A stretch of DNA of 62,340 nucleotides, the filler included. It is 8 parts of 8 records of this genome, joined end to end, with 100 filler letters (N's around TTAATTAATTAA, not from the genome) between each part and the next. Parts side by side here need not be neighbours in the genome. Positions count along the whole stretch, not along the records: positions 1 to 6,446 come from SRR31147125_25367; positions 6,547 to 15,451 come from SRR31147125_25369; 6 more parts are not named here. The stretch is one strand, 5' to 3'. Below are positions 1-9,142 of the stretch, piece after piece. The position numbers were made by a program, and so were the translations under genes. The stretch's first letter is position 1. Every line of letters begins with the position of its first letter. Under the pieces are notes generated by a model. The model worked only from the letters and a program-made list of their open reading frames with translations. It did not search any database and had not been told where the DNA came from.

Positions 1-52
1 TATCCTGAATTTTAATTTGTTCAGGTGTCAATTCATTATGCTTTACGCTCAT
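1..52 (-). CDS. 5' end of the next operon gene (MSVKHNELTPEQIKIQD...), truncated by the window edge
   Basis: ATG at 52 overlaps the stop of the upstream ORF; frame stays open to position 1. Confidence 0.35.
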   Translation of the reverse strand, partial: MSVKHNELTPEQIKIQD

Positions 53-626
53 TCCTTTGTTCCTCCTCTGTTTGAAGCCTTACTAAATAAGTCATTTGAT
101 CTTCAAATACGCCATTCTGTCTTCTAGCTATTAATACAATAATTACTGCCATAATTGCACTTAGTGTATCTGTTGTGAAATATCGAATCATTGTTTCAAT
201 AAATGGTCTGTAACCTAATATTAAAGCCAATATACCTCTGCCAAAATTCATCAATACATATCCTGATACAACATATAAGATTATTAAAGTTACATCTTGC
301 CTAATCTTCTCTTTACCTTGTTTTCTGAACCATAATAAGTTAAATACTATGAAACTGTTTCCCAATATGTATATTAAATAAACATCCCACTGTGCAGCAT
401 TAACTATGCAGCAAACCAGTCCGCCTATTGCTCCAGTTATAGCTCCAACTTTGCCGTGGCGCATCATCGCAATTAGTGTAATAGGTAAAACGATAGAAAA
501 CACAAACAGTTCTTTGGGAAAAATATCAAGCGCTATTGTGCTTGCCCATTCCAAAACACACATTATTATTGTCAGTATTAGCATATCGATTAAAACATAT
601 TGTTCTTTGCTTATTTGCTTATTCAT
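36..626 (-). CDS. Multi-pass membrane protein, probably sugar-transport associated
   Basis: About 5-6 hydrophobic segments; ATG at 626 preceded by AAGGA; directly downstream of the ABC ATPase. Confidence 0.6.
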   Translation of the reverse strand: MNKQISKEQYVLIDMLILTIIMCVLEWASTIALDIFPKELFVFSIVLPITLIAMMRHGKVGAITGAIGGLVCCIVNAAQWDVYLIYILGNSFIVFNLLWFRKQGKEKIRQDVTLIILYVVSGYVLMNFGRGILALILGYRPFIETMIRYFTTDTLSAIMAVIIVLIARRQNGVFEDQMTYLVRLQTEEEQRNERKA

Positions 627-641
627 ATCCAATTCCTTCAA

Positions 642-1780
642 CTAGGTATTTTTTATGCTGCTTTCTGAGCCCCTGCATTTGCTGTAAATTATCTCTCCAT
701 TCTTACCGCCGAACAAATAAACACATCTATATGGAATTGCAACCCTGATATAGCTGCCTATATCAGGAATTTCATACGGCGAAACTTTTACAATTACTCT
801 TTGCTCCCCAAATTCTGCATATACATTCACATTGTCTCCTAATAGTTCTGTTAAGATAACTTTTAATTCCATTTCTATATATTCAGAATTTGTATCAACT
901 TCAGAGATTAACACTGCTGCTTCTGGTCTAAATCCAAAATCAATTATTTCACCTTCATACTCAGATGATATACCTTTTTCAATATCTTCTAAGTATAATG
1001 TTGTTTTGCTGCCAGATGGATATAACCTTCCGCCTTTATAATTACATGGGATAAAGTTCATAGGTGGTTCACCTATAAATCCGGCTACAAACTTGTTTTT
1101 AGGAGCAAAGTACAGTTCACGAGGTGTACCAACCTGTTGTACTACTCCTTCGTCCATAATTACAATACGGTCGCCATTGTCATAGCTTCCGTTTGGTCGT
1201 GAGTAACGTAAATCGTGGTTGCACCTATGCGATTATGTATTTGCAGTATTTCACTTCGCATTGATACCCTTTGCTTTGCATCAAGGTTTGATAATGGCTC
1301 ATCCATCAAAAAGACTTCAACGTGCCTGATTATGGCACGACCTACAGCTACACGCTGTCTTTGTCCGCCAGATAGCTCTCTCGGTCTTCTTTTCAAATAG
1401 TCAGTAAGCCCTAATATTTTTGCTGTTTTTAATACACGCTGTTCTATAACGTCTTTGTCCATACCTCTTAATGTAAGACCGAAAGACATATTTTCATAAA
1501 CAGTCATGCTAGGATAAAGTGCATATGATTGAAAAACCATTGCCACACCTCTATCTCTAGGGGTTCTGTTGTTGGCGAATATATCATTAATATATAATTT
1601 ACCTGCTGTAATATCTTCAAGCCCTGCAATCATTCGTAAGGTGGTTGACTTTCCGCATCCTGACGGATATACGAACACTACAAATTCACCTTTTTCAATG
1701 TCAAGTGAAAAATCATGTACAGCATGAAAACCATTGTTTTCATATATTTTGTTGATATTTTTTAGTCTAATGTGTGCCAT
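642..1780 (-). CDS. Sugar ABC transporter ATP-binding protein (MalK/MsmX family), split by a 1-nt frameshift near 1172
   Basis: [38 protein letters not shown]; adding one base restores ...DRIVIMDEG joining ORFs 1160-1810 and 642-1157; GGAGG before ATG 1780. Confidence 0.9.
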
Positions 1781-1819
1781 TATATCGTCCTCCAAACAAC
1801 AGTACTGCAAAATTTTTAC

Positions 1820-2659
1820 CTAAGCCTTTTGCCATTTTTCTATTAAAAATTTAATACTATTTTTTATGTAATCTTTTTTTGTTCCTTCCAATATTAACAC
1901 TGCCTTTTCATCATACTTTTTAATCATAGGTATGATGCTGTCAAAATCCAAATCACCTTTTCCTACGGCACATTGTTTTAAGCCATTGTGAGAAAAAATA
2001 CAATCCTTAATATGAAAACAATGTATCCTTCCTTTAAAAGTATATAAACCTTTTTTTAATATTTTAAGATAATTTTTGTAATTATTCATATCTAAGAAAT
2101 TATATAGATCAAAAATTATCTTTAAGTTTCTACGTCCAATAAGCTTTGTTGCCCTATCTAATGCTTCAACATCGTAGCAAACATGTCCGCTCGCTCCTTC
2201 TATTCCAACTTCTGCATTATATTCAGCCGCATAATCGCATAATTTAGTGAAAATCCCCGCAACTCTTTCAAGTGCTTCGTCTGTACGATTTTTAGGATGA
2301 TATATCCACGGTTCATCATTGTAAGAGCCTGTTTCAGAGCCAACAATTCTGCATCCTAAGCTGCTGCTTAACCTAAGGTAATTACGGAATATTTCTATTC
2401 CACTTTCTACTTTACCTTCATCACTATGTACAGGATTAAAGTATGCACCTATTAATTTAATATAAAGGTCTTCTTTTTTAAACTCATCCCCTATTTTCTT
2501 TGCCTGCTCTTTATTAATGCCTTCAGGTACTTTTTGAATATCCTCAAATGACTTGTAACATACTAGCTGAGCGCCATCTGCTCCAACTTGCTTAAGCCCG
2601 TTTATTATCTGCGTGATGCCTTTTGTTTCTAAATCATGTGCTCGTACACAAATCTGCAT
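1820..2659 (-). CDS. Sugar phosphate isomerase/epimerase (xylose-isomerase-like TIM barrel)
   Basis: GIEG, IFDLYN, FHIKD, GKGDLDF and LILEG metal-site pattern; position in a uronate operon. Confidence 0.8.
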   Translation of the reverse strand: MQICVRAHDLETKGITQIINGLKQVGADGAQLVCYKSFEDIQKVPEGINKEQAKKIGDEFKKEDLYIKLIGAYFNPVHSDEGKVESGIEIFRNYLRLSSSLGCRIVGSETGSYNDEPWIYHPKNRTDEALERVAGIFTKLCDYAAEYNAEVGIEGASGHVCYDVEALDRATKLIGRRNLKIIFDLYNFLDMNNYKNYLKILKKGLYTFKGRIHCFHIKDCIFSHNGLKQCAVGKGDLDFDSIIPMIKKYDEKAVLILEGTKKDYIKNSIKFLIEKWQKA

Positions 2660-2700
2660 CTATACCCTCCAATACTTCCGCTTATAACAAAGCATTATTA

Positions 2701-4101
2701 CTAAAATTCAAAGTAGTTCTTGGCATTTTTGTAGCTTATCCCCTCTACTATAGTTTTTAAACTTCCTTCATCATTCGGGTACTCGCCGTTTTCCACCATC
2801 TCGCCAATAAGATTACACAAAATTCTTCTAAAATACTCATGTCTTGTGTAGGACAAGAAACTTCTGGAGTCCGTTAACATTCCAACAAAGTTACCAAGCA
2901 CTGAAATGTTGGCTAAATTTTCAATTTGTCTTATCATACCAAGCTTTGTATCATTAAACCACCATGCTGAACCATGCTGAATTTTGCTTTTAATACCCTC
3001 TCCTTGGAAACAACCAATTGTACTGCAGATCATTCCATCGTCATTAGGATTTAAAGAATATATTATAGTCTTAGGAAGAGCGGATTGTCTCTCCATCTCG
3101 CCCATCAGCCTTGCTAGACCAGAAGAGGAATTCTGGGTAGAAATACAATCATATCCAGTATCAGGACCTAATATATCATACATTTTCGTATTAACATCTC
3201 GTATCGCTCCATAGTGGAATTGCATTGCCCAATTGCGCTTTGCATATTCTTTTGCTAAAAATAAAATTATAGCTGTTTTATACTTTTCTACTTCATCAGT
3301 AGTTAAACTGTCTCCATTTGCTTTTTTTGCAAATATAATTTCAATTTCTTTATCAGATGCAATATTGCATACCATATATTCAAAAGCATGATCGCTAACC
3401 TTACAGTTTAATTTATCAAAATACTCTATTCTATTAGTGATTGCATTTTTAACAGCTGCGAAACTATCAATTTTAATGCCGGATGCATCCTCTAACTTTT
3501 TTATATATTCCAGATACTCATCTTTATCGATATTAACTGCTTTATCAGGTCTGAATGCTGGAAATACCTTAACATCAAAACTTTTATCCTGTTCTATCTG
3601 CTTATGGTATTCTAGAGAATCTATTGGATCATCTGTTGTGCAAATAATCTCGACATTTGAACATTTTATAATATCTCTGACTGTCATTTCAGCCAACTTT
3701 TTATTGCACAAATCCCAAACTTGTTTTGCACTTTCCATTGATAAAATACCATTGTAATCAAAGTATTTTTTTAATTCAAGATGAGTCCAATGATATAATG
3801 GATTGCCTAATAGCATAGGTAGTGTTTCAGCCCATTTTTCAAATTTCTCATAGTCAGTTGCATCGCCAGTTATAAATCTTTCTTCCACTCCGCAGTTTCT
3901 CATAGCTCTCCATTTGTAATGGTCGCCATACAGCCAAACTTGAGTTATGTTCTCGTAGCTTTTATCCTCTGCTATTTCCCGAGGATTGATATGACAATGA
4001 TAATCAATTATTGGCATAGATTCTGCAAAATCAAAATATAAATTTTTTGCAGTTTCTGTTTTTAGTAGAAAATCTCTGTCTAAAAATTTCTTCATACTCA
4101 T
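2701..4101 (-). CDS. uxaC: Glucuronate (uronate) isomerase
   Basis: PIIDYHCH, GDHYKWRAMR, CTTDDP, GSAWWFND, GMLTDSRSFLSYTRHEYFRRILC. Confidence 0.97.
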   Translation of the reverse strand: MSMKKFLDRDFLLKTETAKNLYFDFAESMPIIDYHCHINPREIAEDKSYENITQVWLYGDHYKWRAMRNCGVEERFITGDATDYEKFEKWAETLPMLLGNPLYHWTHLELKKYFDYNGILSMESAKQVWDLCNKKLAEMTVRDIIKCSNVEIICTTDDPIDSLEYHKQIEQDKSFDVKVFPAFRPDKAVNIDKDEYLEYIKKLEDASGIKIDSFAAVKNAITNRIEYFDKLNCKVSDHAFEYMVCNIASDKEIEIIFAKKANGDSLTTDEVEKYKTAIILFLAKEYAKRNWAMQFHYGAIRDVNTKMYDILGPDTGYDCISTQNSSSGLARLMGEMERQSALPKTIIYSLNPNDDGMICSTIGCFQGEGIKSKIQHGSAWWFNDTKLGMIRQIENLANISVLGNFVGMLTDSRSFLSYTRHEYFRRILCNLIGEMVENGEYPNDEGSLKTIVEGISYKNAKNYFEF

Positions 4102-4110
4102 ACCCTTTTC

Positions 4111-5589
4111 TTATAGGAAAACTCCGTCTTTAAATATGGATATTTCCCTTATTCCTCGCTTTTCTTGTTGTGTTTCAATTTCACCGCTGGATAGTTTAAT
4201 AACATACGACAGTAACTCTTGAGCACATTTTTCAATGCTCTTTCCGTTTGCTATATCTCCTGCATTAAAATCAATCCAGTTGCTTTTCTTTGCAAAAAGC
4301 TCATTATTAGTTGATATTTTCACTGTAGGTGCCGGTCCTCCAAAAGGTGTACCTCTTCCTGTTGTAAACAGTACCAATTGTGCCCCTGATGCTATAAGCG
4401 CTGTTGTAGCAACCAAATCGTTGCCTGGAGCCGATAGAAGAACTAATCCTTTTTGATCAACAGGTTCTCCATAATCATAGACACCCATTACTGCCATACT
4501 TCCACTCTTTGTCGTGCAGCCTAATGACTTTTCCTCTAATGTCGTAATACCGCCTTCCTTATTTCCCGGGGAAGGATTCTCATAAATTACCTGACCATGA
4601 GAAACAAAATACTCCTTAAAAGAATTTATCATATCAACTGTCTTTTCAAACAATTGTCTATTATGGCATCGCTCCATAAGTAAAGTTTCGGCACCAAACA
4701 TTTCAGGAACTTCAGTAAGTATAGATGTTCCTCCCTGCTTTACCAGCAAATCAGAAAACATGCCAACCATAGGATTTGCAGTAATCCCAGAGTACCCATC
4801 AGAACCGCCGCACTCTAGTCCTACTATTAATTCAGACACTGGAACTGTTTCCCTTTTAAAGGTCTTTACATAATCAATTAGTTCTAAAACCAGTTCATAT
4901 CCAGCTTCAATTTCATCTTCTATTCTTTGGCATTCAAGGAATTTAACCCTGTCTGTATCGATATTGCCAATTACCTTTTTAAAATCCTTTATTAAGTTGT
5001 TTTCGCATCCCAGTCCTAAAACCAAAACGCCGCCTGCATTCGGATGATTAACTAATCCTGCTAAAACCTTTTTAGTATTTTCCAGATCATCCCCCAGCTG
5101 AGAACACCCAAAAGGGTGAGTGAAAGCATAAACGCCATCAACACCTTCTAAGTTCCTCGCCATGTTTTCAATATTATGAGCAATTCCGTTTACACAACCT
5201 ACAGTCGGGATTATCCATACTTCATTTCTTATGCCAACCTTGCCGTTTTTACGCTTATATCCCAAGAAAGTTTTATCAGTTTTAATTTCGTATCCGCTAT
5301 TAATGGGGTTATAATCATACTCAGAAATATCACCTAGATTCGTCTTTATATTATGAGTATGAACATGTTTCCCCTTGTCTATATCTTCAGTAGCATGACC
5401 TATAGGGTTCCCATACTTTATTACATATTCACCCTTTTTAATGTCAGTGATTGCCACCTTGTGAGCCTGTACAATGTCATCCAGCAATTGGATGCTGTTT
5501 CCATCAGCATTAGGGATTTCCCCTTTGTTCATATTGCCAATAGCTACTGCGACGTTATCCTTTTCATTTACCTTTAATAAAAATGACAT
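4111..5589 (-). CDS. uxaA: Altronate dehydratase
   Basis: N-terminal SAF domain; HPFGCSQLGDD, GLGCENN, CGGSDGYSGITANP, ENPSPGNKEGG, FTTGRGTP. Confidence 0.95.
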   Translation of the reverse strand: MSFLLKVNEKDNVAVAIGNMNKGEIPNADGNSIQLLDDIVQAHKVAITDIKKGEYVIKYGNPIGHATEDIDKGKHVHTHNIKTNLGDISEYDYNPINSGYEIKTDKTFLGYKRKNGKVGIRNEVWIIPTVGCVNGIAHNIENMARNLEGVDGVYAFTHPFGCSQLGDDLENTKKVLAGLVNHPNAGGVLVLGLGCENNLIKDFKKVIGNIDTDRVKFLECQRIEDEIEAGYELVLELIDYVKTFKRETVPVSELIVGLECGGSDGYSGITANPMVGMFSDLLVKQGGTSILTEVPEMFGAETLLMERCHNRQLFEKTVDMINSFKEYFVSHGQVIYENPSPGNKEGGITTLEEKSLGCTTKSGSMAVMGVYDYGEPVDQKGLVLLSAPGNDLVATTALIASGAQLVLFTTGRGTPFGGPAPTVKISTNNELFAKKSNWIDFNAGDIANGKSIEKCAQELLSYVIKLSSGEIETQQEKRGIREISIFKDGVFL

Positions 5590-5593
5590 AATA

Positions 5594-6446
5594 TTAATCT
5601 TTCATGCATTCTGTCAGCACTATCTTAACATCTTTTTTGTCAAATGCTTCCACATGCTTGCAGACTGTATCGTAGAATCCGTCAAGCTCTGTTAAATCTA
5701 TACCCCAAAGTTTTGTGTCGGTCATAATAATTTTTATAAGTTCATCCGAGGTCTTATTAGTGTTTGTACTATATAATTCCAATGCATATTCATCATCAAA
5801 CACTTTATATCTTTGACCATCTCTTAAATTGAAATATCCATCTTCATCTTTTTGAATACCTTTATAAAATGCTATGTACATTGCAAATGACAAAGTAAGC
5901 ATTTGAGGAATCTTCCCCTGTGATTTGTAATAATCAACAAAGGATGGCATTACTCTCGCACGCCATTTAGATGTAGAATTTAACGAAATATCCAATAGCT
6001 TATGGTTAAGGAATGGATTTTTAAATCTTTCTACCACACTTGCAGCAAAGTCTTCAAGCTTATTTTTATCTAGGTCAATATTAGGGATAATTTCATCATA
6101 GATGCATGAAAGCATATATTGCCTTATTATATTATCGTGCATACATTCATCAACAATGTTTTTGCCGTATAAATATCCTCCCATTACAGTAGATGTATGT
6201 GCGCCGTTTAATATTCTAACTTTACGTTGTTTATAGGGTTCTATATCCTCAGCTAATATTATTTCGACTCCAGACTTCAAAGTAAGCTCTTTTTTAACTT
6301 GCTCTATCTTTTCGCTGCCAATTGCCCAGAAGCCAAATGGTTCACCTGTTACCATAAGCTCATCTTTATATCCCATTTCCTGCCATAATGTTTCTTCCTC
6401 CGCTTTAGGATAACCAGATACTATTCTGTCAACCAAAGTATTGCAG
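5594..6446 (-). CDS. uxaB: Tagaturonate reductase, 5'-truncated at the contig end
   Basis: VDRIVSGYP, KVRILNGAHT, ERFKNPF, ISLNSTSKWRARV; adjacent to uxaA. Confidence 0.9.
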
Positions 6447-6546
6447 NNNNNNNNNNNNNNNNNNNNNNNNNNNNNNNNNNNNNNNNNNNNTTAATTAATT
6501 AANNNNNNNNNNNNNNNNNNNNNNNNNNNNNNNNNNNNNNNNNNNN
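6447..6546. other. Artificial contig spacer (N-run, TTAATTAATTAA, N-run); repeated at 15452-15551, 26797-26896, 34143-34242, 39822-39921, 49570-49669 and 55598-55697
   Basis: Seven identical 100-nt spacers whose 12-mer has stops in all six frames; composition and gene style change across each. Confidence 0.98.
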
Positions 6547-6642
6547 TAAAATTACTGTGCAAACCGTTCAAGCGTTTAATTTTATTTCAAAGACCAAAAG
6601 TACCTTTTTAGAGAAAAAGCACATTGTGCCAACTGGAATCCC

Positions 6643-9089
6643 TTAATTATTATTCCATGGAATGTTCAGACCGATCTCTTTTGGTGATTTTGGAATATAA
6701 TACAAATCAAAATTCATCCAATCCCGGCCGCCGGGTACATCATAGAGATATATTTTGGCAGTATAATTGTTTTTTGCTGTAGGTTGTTCCAATACAAACG
6801 GATGCATGGGACGTGACTGAATGTCCTTTGGAATAACGGTTACAGGTTTTTCCGGTAAGGCATTAAACTGTTGCTGGACTTTGATCGTAGGATGATCCCA
6901 GCGCAGATGCTCAACATTCAGCGTGTTTCCCTTTATTGTCAGAATATCCCGACCGTCAATCTGCCCTTCCCAATGCACTATTTTCACTGCTTCTTTTGCA
7001 TATTCTGTTAATAAAGCAGCGTATTTTTTCTGCTGTTCTGTGATGGTGCGTTCGATTTCTTTTACATCAGGAGAATTGGCTAATAAAAGTTCCGCTGCGT
7101 TCACATCATCAAGAGCTTGTTCGACATTTTTTATGATCTGATCTACGCCAAAGAGTTTGTAGCCAAATCCTGGTGTATTTCTAAAATCCTGACGGGTTTG
7201 TTTTAATTCTGTAAAGAGAGTAGCCAGCTGTTGCCTGTTTTCAGGAGTTGGATTATCCCGATAGGCAAAATAGGCAAAAACGGTTTTTACATAGTTGTTA
7301 TTTGTTTGTATTAAGAATCGGGTCATTTGGAGCGAATGTTCTACTTTTGATGCACGTTTTGTATCTTTTATTTGGGATTTAATAGCTTTAAAGTTTTCAT
7401 TCATGCTATTGGCTATATCCAGTCCATGATCCAGTTCCATATAGGTTTCAAAGAGCCATGGTTTGCAGCGCAGATAGATCTCACGCCAGAACTCCAGGTG
7501 CTGTTTACCATTATCAATAGCCGGATAACCCTGAGCAGGAAATGTGCCTACACGAATATGAGGAAGGGAATTAAAGTGGCCATAGGCGACAGGTTCGATA
7601 AAAAGTCCGTATTTATAGGCTACTGGTGAGAGCATATAAATTTCTGCCATTTTTTCGGCAACATTTTCCCCAAAATAGATCGAACAAAAATCCCTGGCAA
7701 TCTGTAAAGGGTCTTCCATATAATCCCATTCAAGCCGGTACACAGTATAAGCTGTCAGATTATATGTGCGATGGTCATCAGCAGTACGAAAGTCAAAACT
7801 GGCGCCTTTTAAATTACTTTTCTTAACTTCCAGAACCGATTGTAATCCGGCCTGGAAATAGATACCCGGATAGGTTGGAAAAATATTTGAGCTGGAGGCT
7901 TCATAGTAGTTCATGGGTTCCAAAACAGCCATCATGTTATGAGGTGTGATATTAAACGTGGGATTATAACGTTGATGCCACCAACGGTCATGTTGTGTAA
8001 AGCTGGGTACGAGATAGAGGTTTTTACCGGCACATCGTCGGTAAATATTTTTTCATACACTTCCGGTCGGGCTTGTTGCTCGAACTCGTTGGTATTCCAT
8101 GTTCTATGAAGTAAAACCTTGTTAAATTCACCGGAGACAACACTGTGAACCTTTTTTACAAAGGTCCTGTAGCGTTTTTCATAAGGCCATTCACAACCTT
8201 CGCCGTCTTCCATGACATTAAAAGTCCGGTAGTTTCCCCAGAAATGCTGTTCCGGGCCGGTAAAGGTGGCAATACCATCCAGTTCCGGCAGCGCTTTTAA
8301 TAACCGCCTGTATTTCGCCTGAAGTGCATCCCAGAAACTGGGATCACAGGGAGTTAATGACGCGCCGAATTCTTTTAATATGGATGGATGATAAGTAAAA
8401 TCCGTTCCAAAAGCAAAGACTTTGAGATGCAAAGAATGAGCATACTGGATTAATTCACGTACCTTGCGACGGTTCAGCTCGTTTTCGCTTTTTTCAGGCT
8501 CGCTGTCCCAGGGCACCAGGTCTAATAGTCTTTGTACATATACGGTGTTTAATCCATAACGCAGAGTTCTTTGAATGTCCTGTTTGTTTTTTACGGCAAT
8601 TCTGGTGTAGCGCCATTCAAGTGCTGGTTCGCGCAGAACGTTTATGTCCGGTATTCTCTTGCTGACACGTAATCGGTCCCATAGCCAATATAATCCATAC
8701 ACATCTCCAGGGAGAGAACCTCCGGCAATAACAAGAACCTTTTTTCCTTTTATGGTTGTTGTGACTATTTCATAACCCTCTGGATTTATTTGAGCTGTTA
8801 GCTTGATTTTGCCCTGTTTTTGCAGCTGAGCTGTGAGTCTGTTTCGCTCGGGTGCACCAACAATAATAGAATTACTGCTGATGCCGCTATTATCCATCCT
8901 GGTTTGAAAAGCCAGGCCAATTGGTGCACCTGTTTTATTCAGGTCCGTAATCGCTGTTTGGATGGCCTCATCTTTATTCAGCTTATTGCTTAAAAGAACA
9001 TACCATGTTTGTTTTGCCTGTCCAAACGTGAGGGTGCTGCAACATATTAAAAATAGCTCAACAAATAGGTAAACGCGAAATGAATTCAT
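6643..9089 (-). CDS. Large secreted glycoside-hydrolase-like protein (about 815 aa once joined); frameshift in the homopolymer at 8021-8025
   Basis: Signal peptide; PEGYEI...IAGGSLPGDVYGLY resembles the GH20/GH67 N-terminal domain; one extra A gives VPVKNLYLVPSFTQHDRW continuing into ORF 6643-7935. Confidence 0.6.
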
Positions 9090-9142
9090 CTTGCACCTCA
9101 AGGAATTGTAAAGTTTTACAATGTTATGCCGGATTTTTTTAA

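Noticed and set aside
6491-6502. Recurring palindrome TTAATTAATTAA
   Set aside because: Always embedded in N-runs; an artificial six-frame-stop linker
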